From Trueperaceae bacterium (lineage in GTDB: Bacteria > Deinococcota > Deinococci > Deinococcales > Trueperaceae): a stretch of DNA of 64,000 bases. The notes under the pieces are model-generated. The model was not told where the DNA came from, did no database searches, and saw nothing but the letters and a program-made list of their open reading frames with translations. Both the position numbers and the translations under genes were made by a program. The stretch lies in contig JAXHNB010000006.1 of assembly GCA_034520945.1 (NCBI GenBank), positions 1 through 64,000 of the forward strand. The letters are read 5' to 3'. Positions 37,613-47,512 of the stretch are shown piece by piece (the stretch's first letter is position 1; each line of letters begins with the position of its first letter).

Positions 37613-38128
37613 GTGTTCACGATCCTGTTTTTGTCCTCGGTGATCACCGGTCTGATGGCGACGGGGGTGATGGTCGCCTTCCTGTACCTGCCGGCCGCGT
37701 GGAACGGCATGTACTACGACACGCTCGGCGCGATCGGCACGGTGTGGACGCGCACGCTGGACGTGCGTGCCCGCCTGCTGGGGGCGGTCGCGCTGGGGCT
37801 CGGCGGCATCGCGTTCGCCATGTTCTACGGCGCGTTCGCGCTGATGTTCATGCAGCAGGCCGGCGGGGCGTTCGTGGCGCCCGCCTACGCCATCCTGCCG
37901 GGCCTGCCGACCACGGTGGACCTGTTCTACCCGCTGCTGGGGCTGGTCGGCGGCTTCGGCCACGGCATCTTCATGTCGCTGATCGGCGGGTTCATCGTGA
38001 CCGACTTCCATCCGTTGGCGCGGTTCCGCGACCCGTTCCCGCTGATCGCGTCGTTCCTGATCGGGCACACCGTGTTTGGCGTGGTGGTGATGTTCTTCCA
38101 GCACCAGTTGTTGCAGCTGCTGCTTTGA
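37613..38128 (+). CDS. Hypothetical multi-TM membrane protein at the end of the oxidase operon
   Basis: GGAGGAG RBS, four hydrophobic helices, His in GHG and GHT. Confidence 0.7.
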   Translation: MFTILFLSSVITGLMATGVMVAFLYLPAAWNGMYYDTLGAIGTVWTRTLDVRARLLGAVALGLGGIAFAMFYGAFALMFMQQAGGAFVAPAYAILPGLPTTVDLFYPLLGLVGGFGHGIFMSLIGGFIVTDFHPLARFRDPFPLIASFLIGHTVFGVVVMFFQHQLLQLLL

Positions 38129-38154
38129 GGCGCTGAACGCCGGCCGGCCCGCGC

Positions 38155-38820
38155 CTACTCGTCCAGGGCCGCGCCCAACGACAACAGGGCGCGTGCCCGT
38201 TCCAGCTTGGTGTGGCTGGCCGGCACCAGGGCCACCACCGTGCCGATCGCCTCGGCCGCCCGCCGCAGGGCGTCCTCGCGGGCGGCCTCGCCGCCCTCCT
38301 CCGGCGCCACCGCTTCGATCTCGAGCTCGTTCCAGTGCACCGTGCGTTCGGAGGTGGTGCGGCGCGCCGCGACCGCGTCGAAGCTGGCCACCGCCACGCG
38401 CCGGCCTGCGTCCAGCAGGTCGAACAGCCGGCGTTCGGTGGTCAGCTCGAACGCGCCGCGCAAGGAGCGCACGTCGGTGACCATGCCGATGCGTTCGCTG
38501 ATCGCCGCCGGCCACGGGTTCCAAGCCGGCGCGTCGGCGGGGATCTCGTCCTCCAGCTCGTCACGGCGGTGCAGGGCACCCTCGACCGAGCCCAGCGTCT
38601 TCAGGGTCGCCAGCATGCGGCCGTCCGCCATGCGCCGGCGCAGCGCGTACCCGGCGCGCGACAGGCTCAGGCGGGCGTCGTCGTAGTAGCGGTCCTTGTG
38701 CACCACCTGCGAGGCGCGGCCCAACGTCAGGCCCACCGGCTGCAGCGCCGCGGCCAGCACGCCGGCCTCCGGCACCTCCTCCACGGTGAGGGAAAACTTG
38801 AGTTCGGTTTCTTGCGGCAC
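38155..38820 (-). CDS. CYTH domain protein
   Basis: ETELKF (ExExK), YYDD, ALRRR, TLKT, RDELE, ELEIE. Confidence 0.85.
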   Translation of the reverse strand: MPQETELKFSLTVEEVPEAGVLAAALQPVGLTLGRASQVVHKDRYYDDARLSLSRAGYALRRRMADGRMLATLKTLGSVEGALHRRDELEDEIPADAPAWNPWPAAISERIGMVTDVRSLRGAFELTTERRLFDLLDAGRRVAVASFDAVAARRTTSERTVHWNELEIEAVAPEEGGEAAREDALRRAAEAIGTVVALVPASHTKLERARALLSLGAALDE

Positions 38821-38823
38821 GCC

Positions 38824-39384
38824 TCAGCCCCGTCCGAACAGGCGGCGCAGCAGGCCCGCCACGCCGCCGTGACGATCCTCGCCTCCGCGTCGTGCCTCAT
38901 CGTCCCGCCACCCGTCGGTATCGGCTACGTCCTCGTCGCCTCCGACGGTCTCCCCCTCGTCCTCGGCCGCCTCCGCCTCGTCCCGCCCCGCCTCGTCCTC
39001 CGCGTCGGCCTCCGCGAAGGCGCGGGCGTCCAGCAGGTCCTGGTCGATCAGGCGGCCGTCGCCGGCCAGCGACTCGACGTGGTGCTGGAGCTCGTGGGTG
39101 AGGGTCTCCCAGATCTCCTCCTCCCAGTCGAAGTCCGGGTCGTTCTCGGCGATGCGCCGGAACGAGCCCCAATAGAGCGCCACGTGGCGGCCCAGGCCGT
39201 CGTTGCCGCCCAGGAGGTCGTCGGGGCCGGGGTCGAGGTACTCGCCCATGCGCCACACGTCCTGGTAGCCCTCCTCGCGCTTCGCCTCACGCAGGGCGTG
39301 GACCCCCTGCAGGTCGGTCATGAACACCTCGGGGATCTCGTCCACCATGTCGGCCACGCTCTCGCGGAACTGGCGGTAGGTCAC
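38824..39384 (-). CDS. Zincin-like metallopeptidase (DUF1025-like) with acidic tail
   Basis: LYWGSF, WEEEIWETLTHELQHH (HExxH); start 39384 or 39390. Confidence 0.8.
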   Translation of the reverse strand: MTYRQFRESVADMVDEIPEVFMTDLQGVHALREAKREEGYQDVWRMGEYLDPGPDDLLGGNDGLGRHVALYWGSFRRIAENDPDFDWEEEIWETLTHELQHHVESLAGDGRLIDQDLLDARAFAEADAEDEAGRDEAEAAEDEGETVGGDEDVADTDGWRDDEARRGGEDRHGGVAGLLRRLFGRG

Positions 39385-39511
39385 GTCCATACTGTACCGG
39401 CCGGCGCCCTGCGCTCGCGGAATCCGCGCTGCCGACGCTGCTATACTCGCCGCCAACGAAACCCGTCTCGCCCGTCGCCGCCCGGGCCGCCAGGCCGGAA
39501 AGGATCCGGAG

Positions 39512-41554
39512 ATGTCGGAACTCAGGAACGTAGCCGTCCTGTCGCACAGTGGCGCAGGCAAGACCTCGCTGGTGGAGGCGATGCTCTACCGCGCCGGGGC
39601 GATTACCGAGATGGGACACGTCGAGGAGGGAAGCACCGCCTCCGACCGCCTGCCCGAGGAGGTGCGGCGCAAGATCAGCATCACCTCCACCATCCATCCG
39701 ATCACGTGGCAGGGTCACCCGTTCAACCTGATCGACGCGCCCGGCTACGCCGACTTCGTGGGCGAGATCCGGGGCGCCCAGGCCGCCGCCGACGCGGCCC
39801 TGATCGTGGTGTCGGCCGTGTCCGGCGTGGCGGTCGGCACCGAGCGCGTGTGGACCGCCAGCGCCGAGCGCGAGCTGTCCAGCATGTTCGTGATCAACAA
39901 GATGGACCGCGAGAACGCCGACTTCTTCCGCACCATGTCGGGCATCGAGCAGAGCCTGGCCGGCAACATCGCCGCCATTCAGGTGCCGATCGGCCAGGCC
40001 GAGGACTTCCGCGGGCTGGTGGACGTGCTGCACATGCGCGCCTACGTGTGGCCGGAGGGCACGCCGGTCGAGGTCGACATGCCGGACGAAGTGGCCGGCG
40101 TGGCGCAGGAGTACCGCGAGCGCCTGATCGAATCGGTCGTCGAGACCGACGACGACCTGATGATGCAGTACCTCGAGGACGCCGAGATCTCCGCGGAGGC
40201 CATCGCCCGGGCGTTCTACGCCGCCGTGCGCGGCGGGCAACTCACCCCGGTGCTGCTCACCTCCGCCGAGCGGGCGATGGGCGTGTCGATGCTGCTGGAC
40301 TTCATGGCCGAAGGGGTCCGCTTCGTCGAGGATCACGCCCCCCTGCCGGTCGTTCAGGGCGACCCGCCGGTGCTGGGCGAGGACCAGCCGTTTTCGGCGC
40401 GCGTGTTCAAGACCACCGTCGACCCCTACCTCGGCAAGATCAACTACCTGCGCGTGCTGTCCGGGGTGCTGCGCGCGGGCGACACGGTGCTGGACACGAC
40501 GCAGCAGTCCAAGGTGCGGCTGAGCCACCTGTACGTCCCCAAAGGGCGCGAGGTGAGCGAGGTCAAGGAGCTCCGCGCCGGCATGATCGGCGCCATCACC
40601 AAGGTCGAGGCGGTGCATACCGGCGACACCCTGGCGGCGGAGGAGCGCCCCTTCACGCTGCAGCCGATCCGCTTCCCGCCGCCGGTGATGGCGGTGGCGC
40701 TGGAGCCGGCCACCCGCGCCGACGACGACCGCATGGGCGACGCGCTCCACAAGTTGTTGGAGGCCGACCCGACGCTGGCGCTGGAACGCAACCCGGAAAC
40801 GCGCGAGACGGTCCTGTGGGGCATGGGCCACGTGCACCTCGAGGTGTCCATCGCGTTGATGAAGGAACGTTACGGCGTGAACGTCGCCCACCGTCCCCCC
40901 AAGGTCGCCTACCGGGAGACCCTGCAGGGCCAGGGGGAGGCCCGCTACCGCCACAAGAAGCAGAGCGGCGGCGCCGGGCAGTTCGCCGAGGTGGCGCTCC
41001 GCGTCGCCCCGGGCGAGCCGGGCTCGGGCCTCACCTTCGCGTGGGGCGTGGTAGGCGGCGCCATCCCGACGCAGTTCCAGACCAGTTGCGAGAAGGGCGC
41101 CCAGCAGGCCATGCAGGGCGGCGTGCTGGGCGGGTTCCCCGTCTCCGACGTGGCGGTGACGGTGTTCGACGGCAAGCACCACCCGGTCGACAGCAAGGAC
41201 GTCGCCTTCCAGATCGCGGCGGCGCAGGCGTTCAAGGAGGCGGTGCTGCAGGCCGACCCGGTGCTGCTGGAACCGGTCGCGCTGCTGAAGGTGCGCGTGC
41301 CGGACCGCTTCACCGGCGACGTGATCGGCGACCTGAACGCGCGCCGCGGCCGCATCCTCGGCATGGACAACGAAGGCTCGGTGTCGACCGTCAGCGCGCA
41401 CGTGCCCGAGGCGGAACTCAGCGCCTACTCGCCCGAACTGCGCTCGCTGACCGGCGGGCGCGGGGCGTTCTCGCGCAAGTTCGATCACTACGCGGCCGTG
41501 CCGCAGCACCTGGCGGACAAGATCCTCGAGGAGGCCCGCGCGGCGGCCAACTAG
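39512..41554 (+). CDS. fusA2: Elongation factor G paralog (EF-G2)
   Basis: SHSGAGKTS, RKISI, DAPGYADF, NKMD, KKQSGGAGQF, HPVDS; not in an rpsL-rpsG-tuf context. Confidence 0.9.
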   Translation: MSELRNVAVLSHSGAGKTSLVEAMLYRAGAITEMGHVEEGSTASDRLPEEVRRKISITSTIHPITWQGHPFNLIDAPGYADFVGEIRGAQAAADAALIVVSAVSGVAVGTERVWTASAERELSSMFVINKMDRENADFFRTMSGIEQSLAGNIAAIQVPIGQAEDFRGLVDVLHMRAYVWPEGTPVEVDMPDEVAGVAQEYRERLIESVVETDDDLMMQYLEDAEISAEAIARAFYAAVRGGQLTPVLLTSAERAMGVSMLLDFMAEGVRFVEDHAPLPVVQGDPPVLGEDQPFSARVFKTTVDPYLGKINYLRVLSGVLRAGDTVLDTTQQSKVRLSHLYVPKGREVSEVKELRAGMIGAITKVEAVHTGDTLAAEERPFTLQPIRFPPPVMAVALEPATRADDDRMGDALHKLLEADPTLALERNPETRETVLWGMGHVHLEVSIALMKERYGVNVAHRPPKVAYRETLQGQGEARYRHKKQSGGAGQFAEVALRVAPGEPGSGLTFAWGVVGGAIPTQFQTSCEKGAQQAMQGGVLGGFPVSDVAVTVFDGKHHPVDSKDVAFQIAAAQAFKEAVLQADPVLLEPVALLKVRVPDRFTGDVIGDLNARRGRILGMDNEGSVSTVSAHVPEAELSAYSPELRSLTGGRGAFSRKFDHYAAVPQHLADKILEEARAAAN

Positions 41555-41567
41555 CGCGCGCAGGCGC

Positions 41568-42404
41568 TCACAGCGCCGCCAGTTGTTCCTTGACGTCCTC
41601 GGCCAGCTCGCGGCCCAGCTGCTCCGCCTCCTTGGCGTCGCCGCTGACGCTGGCTTGCAGGCTGCGGCCGTCCTCGGCGACGGCGCCGAACAGGCGCATC
41701 TCGCCGTCTTCGCTGACCGAGGCCAACGCCCCCACCAGGTGCCCGTCCAGGGCGGCGGCGAAGGCGCGTTCGGCGCGGACGCGGTCGTAGCTGGGGCGGT
41801 GTTGCAGGGTGTACGCCAGTTCGAACGCCAGGTCGTCGTTTTCCTGCACCAGCAGCCCCAGCGCGCCCTGGCCCGGCGCCGGCGCGAAGGTTTCGGGCTC
41901 CAGCAGCGCGTCGATGCGGTTGCGTTGGTCCAGGATCCACAGCGTGGCGCCCGGCAGGATCAGCGCCTGCAGCTCGTCCCGGGTCATGCGGGCCAGGTCG
42001 TCGTCCAGCGAGGTGCCCAGCGGCAGTGAGCGAAGGTCGGGGCGGAGCGCCCGCAGGAAGGCTTCGTCGCGGCCCTCCCGCACGCCGACGACGCTGCCGG
42101 CCGCCAGGCCGGCCAGCTCCTTCGCGCGGCGGGAGACCAGCGCGCATCGCGGTTCGAGGCGACGGGCGACGGCGGCCAGCACCACGCCGCCGGGCAGGGC
42201 GGGCGGCAGCGTGTCCAGGGGTTGCACGGCGATGCCGATCGTTTCCTGCGCCAACGCGTCGGCCAGGGCCGCGGGGGCGTCCGCACGGACCGTCTTCTGG
42301 GTAATCTGGACGTCGGGCCATTCGGCGTTCAGTTCCGTGAGGACGGACCGCGCCTGGCGAAGTGCCACGGCGCCGTCGCGATTCCCCATCACGATGCGAG
42401 CCAT
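41568..42404 (-). CDS. HemC (porphobilinogen deaminase) homolog lacking catalytic and cofactor residues
   Basis: RPDL, PAPGQGALG, AERAF and overall colinearity with HemC; HSxKD, TSSxRR, RGNxxTR and GGC motifs absent. Confidence 0.85.
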   Translation of the reverse strand: MARIVMGNRDGAVALRQARSVLTELNAEWPDVQITQKTVRADAPAALADALAQETIGIAVQPLDTLPPALPGGVVLAAVARRLEPRCALVSRRAKELAGLAAGSVVGVREGRDEAFLRALRPDLRSLPLGTSLDDDLARMTRDELQALILPGATLWILDQRNRIDALLEPETFAPAPGQGALGLLVQENDDLAFELAYTLQHRPSYDRVRAERAFAAALDGHLVGALASVSEDGEMRLFGAVAEDGRSLQASVSGDAKEAEQLGRELAEDVKEQLAAL

Positions 42405-42553
42405 GACCTCGTTCTATCACAGTCGCGTACCGGGGGCGCACGGCACCTGCCGCGTGCCCGGCGCGCTCCAACCTGCGCTGGCCGGAGCGTGGCCTAGCGG
42501 TGCGCGTCGATGACGGGTCCGACGGCGTCGACGGTCCGGCGCGCATCGTCGCC

Positions 42554-43729
42554 TCAGCCCTGCGCCGCCGCCGCCTGTTGCAGGTCCGCCACCCGGTCGG
42601 TGCGTTCCCAGGGGAAGTCGTCCCGCCCGAAGTGCCCGTAGCTGCTGGTCGGCACGTAGATGGGGCGGCGCAGGTCCAACTGCTCGATGATGGAGGCCGG
42701 CCGAGCGTCGAAGGTGTCCCACACGATGCGGGATAGGGTTTCGTCGGACAGGCGCGAGGTGCCGAAGGCGTCGACGTACAGCCCGACGGGTCGGGCGACG
42801 CCGATGGCGTAGGCCATCTGCACCTGGCAGCGGCGCGCCAGGCCGGCCGCGACCACGTTCTTGGCGATGTAGCGTGCGTAGTAGCTGCCCGAGCGGTCGA
42901 CCTTGGTCGGGTCCTTGCCGCTGAACGCGCCGCCGCCGTGCGGCACGGCGCCGCCGTAGGTGTCCACGATGATCTTGCGGCCGGTCAGGCCGGCGTCGGC
43001 CTGCGGCCCGCCGCGCACGAAGCGGCCGGTGGGGTTGATGTAGTAGGTGGTGTCGGGCGTGACCAGGTCGGCGGGGACGACCGGCCCCACCACGTGCGCG
43101 AGCACGTCGGCGCGGAGCTGCTCGATGTCGATGTCGTCGCTATGCTGCGCCGAGATCACCACCGCGTCGACGGCGGCGGGGGTGTCGCCCTCGTAGGCGA
43201 TGGTGACCTGCGCCTTGCCGTCCGGCCGCAGGTAGGGCAGGGTGGCGTCCTTGCGGACGGTGGCCAGGCGCTGCGCCAGGCGGTGCGCCAGCGTGATCGG
43301 CATCGGCATCAGCGCGGTGGTGTCGTCGCTGGCGTAGCCGAACATGATGCCCTGGTCGCCCGCCCCGATGCGGTCGAAGCGATCGCCGCTGCCGGCGTCC
43401 ATGGCGCTGTCGACGCCGCGGGCGATGTCGGGCGACTGTTCGGTGATGGCGATCAGGACCGAGGCGTGGTCGGCGTCGATGCCGTAGGAGGCGTCCACGT
43501 AGCCGACCTCGCGCACGGTCTCGCGCACGATGCGTTGCAGGTCCACGTACCCTTCGCAGCGGATCTCGCCGGCGATGAGGGCCAGGCCGGTGGTGAGGAT
43601 CGTCTCCGCCGCGACGCGGGCGTCGGGGTCGCGTTGCAGGATGGCGTCCAGCACCGCGTCGCTGATGCGGTCGGCGAGCTTGTCGGGGTGTCCTTCGGTG
43701 ACCGATTCGGCGCTGATGAGTCGTCGCAC
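42554..43729 (-). CDS. metK: S-adenosylmethionine synthetase
   Basis: [39 protein letters not shown]. Confidence 0.97.
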   Translation of the reverse strand: MRRLISAESVTEGHPDKLADRISDAVLDAILQRDPDARVAAETILTTGLALIAGEIRCEGYVDLQRIVRETVREVGYVDASYGIDADHASVLIAITEQSPDIARGVDSAMDAGSGDRFDRIGAGDQGIMFGYASDDTTALMPMPITLAHRLAQRLATVRKDATLPYLRPDGKAQVTIAYEGDTPAAVDAVVISAQHSDDIDIEQLRADVLAHVVGPVVPADLVTPDTTYYINPTGRFVRGGPQADAGLTGRKIIVDTYGGAVPHGGGAFSGKDPTKVDRSGSYYARYIAKNVVAAGLARRCQVQMAYAIGVARPVGLYVDAFGTSRLSDETLSRIVWDTFDARPASIIEQLDLRRPIYVPTSSYGHFGRDDFPWERTDRVADLQQAAAAQG

Positions 43730-43886
43730 GGCATCCTCCAAGCGGAACGCGGGTGGACGCGCGCCCGTTGCGGAGGCGCGCATCGGTGCGCCTGCGCCGG
43801 CGTTCGCCCGCTCCAGTTCGGGAATGCTACCAGAGCCGCCCCCGCGGGCCATCGCCCGCCCGCGCGCCAGCCGCTACACTCGGGGA

Positions 43887-44450
43887 GTGGACGCCTCCCG
43901 GCACGCGACCGCTACACCGCCCCCGAACGCCGCGCCCGTACGGATCCGCGCCGCCACGCCCGGCGACGCGCGCGCCCTGGCGGCGTTGATGGAGGGAATC
44001 TACCGCGAGGGACGGTGGTTCGTGGGGGACGAGGGGCCCACGTCGGGGCTGCTGGCGCGCCGCCTGCGCGGGCTGGATCCGGCGCGGGAGCTGATGCTGG
44101 TGGCGGAGGCGGGGGCCGCCCCCATCGCGTGGCTGGAGGCCGGCCGGTACCTGCCGCGCCGCTTGGCCCACGTGGCCACCCTCACCCTGGGGGTGGCGCC
44201 GGAGTGGCGGGGCCGCGGCGTGGCGACCCGCCTGCTCCGTGCCGCCCTGCCGTGGGCGCAGCGGGTAGGGGTGGCCAAGCTGCGCCTGGACGTGCGGGCG
44301 GGCAACAGCGCCGCGCGGGCGTTGTACGAGAAGGAGGGGTTCGTGCTGGAGGGCCGCGAGGTGGGGCACGTCCGCACCGAGGGCGGCTACGAGGACAACC
44401 TGTTGATGGGCCGCTGGATCGGGGGCGAGGCGCCGGCGGACGGCGGCTAG
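43887..44450 (+). CDS. GNAT family N-acetyltransferase
   Basis: VAPEWRGRGVA, NSAARALYEKEGF; TACACT-N6-GTG. Confidence 0.9.
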   Translation: MDASRHATATPPPNAAPVRIRAATPGDARALAALMEGIYREGRWFVGDEGPTSGLLARRLRGLDPARELMLVAEAGAAPIAWLEAGRYLPRRLAHVATLTLGVAPEWRGRGVATRLLRAALPWAQRVGVAKLRLDVRAGNSAARALYEKEGFVLEGREVGHVRTEGGYEDNLLMGRWIGGEAPADGG

Positions 44451-44492
44451 GGCGGGCGGCGCGGTCGGGTCGCCCGGCCGGTACACTGCCGC

Positions 44493-45026
44493 ATGCCGGA
44501 GGCGAACCCTGCCGAGTGGCCCGCGCAGCGCGTGGGGCTGTTCGTGGACACGCAGAACCTGTACTACGCCGCCCGCGACGGCCACGGGCGGCACGTGGAC
44601 TACGCGCGGCTGCTGGTGCACGCCGCGCGGGGGCGGCGCCTGCAGCAGGCCAACGCCTACGTGGTCGAGCGGGAGGGCGAGCGCGCCGCCTACGGCTTCG
44701 TGACCAAGCTGTCCGCCCTCGGCTACCGGGTGCACCGCCGCACGCTGCGGGTGCACCGCGCCGACGACGCCGGGCGCACCGTGATGGAGGGCGACTGGGA
44801 CATGGGCATCGCCGCCGACATGGTTCGTGCGTGGGACGCGCTGGACGTGCTGGTGCTGGCCAGCGGCGACGGCGACTACGTGCCGATGCTGGCGCTGGCG
44901 CAGGAGCGCGGCGTGCGCGTCGAGGGGATGGCGTTCCGCAGCACCACCAGCCAGGCGCTGATCGACCGGGTCGACCGGTTCGACGACCTCGCGGCGATGG
45001 AGGGGATCTTCGTCGGGGCGGAGTGA
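44493..45026 (+). CDS. NYN domain (LabA/DUF88) protein
   Basis: FVDTQNLY, GDWDMGIAAD, LASGDGDY. Confidence 0.9.
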   Translation: MPEANPAEWPAQRVGLFVDTQNLYYAARDGHGRHVDYARLLVHAARGRRLQQANAYVVEREGERAAYGFVTKLSALGYRVHRRTLRVHRADDAGRTVMEGDWDMGIAADMVRAWDALDVLVLASGDGDYVPMLALAQERGVRVEGMAFRSTTSQALIDRVDRFDDLAAMEGIFVGAE

Positions 45027-45045
45027 GCGGCGGGGCGGCGCGCCG

Positions 45046-46461
45046 TCACTCCTGCGCGATGCGGGCCTCCAGCAGCCTGCGCACCACCGCCGGGTCGGCC
45101 GTGCCGCCGCTCTCCTTCATCACCCGCCCCAGCAGGGCGTTGATGGCCTTGGGCTGTTGCCGGGCGGAGTCGACGATGGCGGGATGGGCGGCCATCACCG
45201 TGTCGACCAGTTCGCCGATGGCGTCCTCGTCGGCGACGCGGGCCAAGCCGCGTTCCTCGACCAGCGCGGCCGGATCGGCGCCGGCCATCACCTCGCCCAG
45301 GATCTCCTTGGCGGCGGCGTTGGAGATGGTGCCGTCCTGCACCAGCGACAACAGCGCCGCCAGCCGCGCTGGGTCCAGCTCGGCCTCCGCCAGGGTGGCG
45401 CCCTCCTGGCGCACGCGGCCGGCCACCTCGCTCAACAACCAGTTGGCGACGGTCTGGGCGGGCCCGTCGAAGGCGGCATGGACGGCGTCGAACGCCGCGG
45501 CGGCCGCCGGGTCGTAGGCGAGGGTGGCGGCGTCCTCGGCGCGGACGGCCAGCGCCACGTACCGCGCCCGCTTCTCGGCCGGCCGTTCGGGCATGGTGTC
45601 GCGCAGGCGCGTCAGCCACGCGCGGTCGATGTGGATCTCGGGCAGGTCGGGGTCGGGCATGTAGCGGTAGTCGGCGGAGCCCTCCTTGGTGCGCAGCGGC
45701 ACCGTCTTCTGGCCGCCCTCGTTCCAGCCGCGGGTCTCCTGGGTGACCCAGGAGCCGTCCTCGATCAGTCGCTCCTGGCGCCGGATCTCGAAGTGCAGCG
45801 CCGCTTCGACGCTGCGGAAGCTGTTCAGGTTCTTGACCTCGACCTTGGTGCCGAACGACCCGTCCTGGTGGCGCAGCGACACGTTCACGTCGGCCCGCAT
45901 CTTGCCCTCCTCGGGGCTGGCCTCGCTGACGCCCAGCGCGCGGGCCAACGCCCGGACCTCCTGCAGGAACGCGCGCGCTTCCTCGGGCGAGGCCACGTCC
46001 GGGTCGGTGACCATCTCGATCAGGGGGGCGCCCGCCCGGTTCAGGTCCACCAGGCTGTAGCCGGCGTAGGCGGGGTGCACCAGACGCCCGGCGTCCTCCT
46101 CCAGGTGGCAGCGCGTGATGCCGATCTCGCGTCCGTCGGGGACGTGCAGCACGCCGTGCTCGCCGATGGGGCGGTCGAACTGGCTGATCTGGTAGTTCTT
46201 GGGCGCGTCCGGGTAGAAGTAGTGCTTGCGGTGAAACTGGGTGCGCGCCGGGACCTGGCAGTCCAGCGCCAGCGCCAAGCGGATCGCCTTCTCGATGGCC
46301 TCGCGGTTGGCGACCGGCAGGCTGCCGGGGAGGCCCATGCACACGGGGCAGACGTGGGTGTTCGGCGCCGCGCCGAACCCCTGGGCGTCGCAGCCGCAGA
46401 ACATCTTGCTGCGGGTCGCGACGGCGAGGTGGATCTCCAGTCCGATCACCGGGTCCGGCAT
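45046..46461 (-). CDS. gatB: Asp/Glu-tRNA amidotransferase subunit B
   Basis: IGLEIH, RKHYFYPD, HLEEDAG, NRAGAPLIE, EVKNLNS, DYRYMPDPDL. Confidence 0.96.
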   Translation of the reverse strand: MPDPVIGLEIHLAVATRSKMFCGCDAQGFGAAPNTHVCPVCMGLPGSLPVANREAIEKAIRLALALDCQVPARTQFHRKHYFYPDAPKNYQISQFDRPIGEHGVLHVPDGREIGITRCHLEEDAGRLVHPAYAGYSLVDLNRAGAPLIEMVTDPDVASPEEARAFLQEVRALARALGVSEASPEEGKMRADVNVSLRHQDGSFGTKVEVKNLNSFRSVEAALHFEIRRQERLIEDGSWVTQETRGWNEGGQKTVPLRTKEGSADYRYMPDPDLPEIHIDRAWLTRLRDTMPERPAEKRARYVALAVRAEDAATLAYDPAAAAAFDAVHAAFDGPAQTVANWLLSEVAGRVRQEGATLAEAELDPARLAALLSLVQDGTISNAAAKEILGEVMAGADPAALVEERGLARVADEDAIGELVDTVMAAHPAIVDSARQQPKAINALLGRVMKESGGTADPAVVRRLLEARIAQE

Positions 46462-46564
46462 GGCGGCCAGTCTAGCAGGGCCCCGCGCCACGGGGCGGGC
46501 CGGTTCCGTCCTGGAGCGTCCTCGCGCCACCGAAGGCCGGGCCCGGGTGCGCTATGCTCGGGTC

Positions 46565-46990
46565 ATGGTCCGTATGCAGCTGGACGACATCGCCGTCTCG
46601 GGCGAAAGCAATCAGTTCCTGCTCCTGTTGCGGAGCGAGGACGACCGCATGCTGCCGATCGTCGTCGACGCCATGCAGGCGCTGGCGATCGCGGCCGGCC
46701 GCAGCGGCGAGAAGAGCGAGCGGCCCCTCACGCACGACCTGGTGTTGTCGCTGCTGGAGGTGCTGGGGGCCGAGGTGAACCAGGTCGAGATCACGGACCT
46801 GTCCGAAGGCACCTTCTACGCCATGCTCAGCGTCGAGCGGGGCGGCGTCCGCTTCGACGTCGATGCGCGGCCCAGCGACGCGCTGGCGGTCGCCGTCCGC
46901 ACCGGCGCGCCGATCTACGTCGCTGAACACGTGCTGGAGGACTCCGGCCTGTCCGACGATACCGAGACCCAAGGCGGGTTCGAGGCCTGA
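46565..46990 (+). CDS. Bifunctional nuclease family protein (DUF151)
   Basis: RPLTHDL, GTFYA, DARPSDALAVAVR. Confidence 0.92.
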   Translation: MVRMQLDDIAVSGESNQFLLLLRSEDDRMLPIVVDAMQALAIAAGRSGEKSERPLTHDLVLSLLEVLGAEVNQVEITDLSEGTFYAMLSVERGGVRFDVDARPSDALAVAVRTGAPIYVAEHVLEDSGLSDDTETQGGFEA

Positions 46991-47074
46991 GCCGGCGAGG
47001 GCGTCCGCGCCATCGACGGCGCCCGTACGAACGACGCATGCGCGACCGCGCCCAAGCGTGGGCGGCGGGCGTGG

Positions 47075-47374
47075 TCAGTCCGGGACGGGCAACGCGTCGC
47101 CGGTGTCGAGGGCCCGCAACGCCTTGGCCAGTCGGACCAGCCGCGCAGTGAGCGTCCGTACGTCGGCTTCCAGGTGGCGGGCGTCGGCGAGGGCGGGCGC
47201 CAGCGGCACGTCCAACTCCTGGCGCAGCGCCTCGCGTTCGGCCAGGGGCCGCTGCGGCCAGTCGGGGTGGCGGGTCATTCGGGTCCACAACCGTGCGAGC
47301 TCGAAGCCGAGCCGGCGCCGGTCGGCGAGGTGCTGGTAGCGGAGGCGGTGGTCGGAGGGCGGCCGCTCGTTCAT
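47075..47374 (-). CDS. Hypothetical protein (99 aa)
   Basis: TAGAAT-N8-ATG; helical pattern; no family recognised. Confidence 0.5.
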   Translation of the reverse strand: MNERPPSDHRLRYQHLADRRRLGFELARLWTRMTRHPDWPQRPLAEREALRQELDVPLAPALADARHLEADVRTLTARLVRLAKALRALDTGDALPVPD

Positions 47375-47461
47375 TTCAGAGTATTCTACTCAGGGTTTGG
47401 GTGGGGGGACGAGGGACGGACGACCCGCGGCGCGGCGGCGACCCGTATGGCGACCCCAAAC

Positions 47462-47488
47462 ACGCGCCCCGCCGGGGGCGGGGCGCGT
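47462..47488 (-). terminator. Hairpin downstream of dps
   Basis: ACGCGCCCCGCC-N3-GGCGGGGCGCGT followed by GTTT on the minus strand. Confidence 0.6.
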
Positions 47489-47512
47489 TCAGGTTCGGCC
47501 TGAGAGCGGGGC

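Noticed and set aside
39512..41554. Divergent EF-G as a novelty
   Set aside because: EF-G2 paralogs are already known, including in Thermus
44493..46990. NYN and DUF151 nucleases as a defence pair
   Set aside because: Both are common housekeeping-context genes with separate promoters, split by gatB
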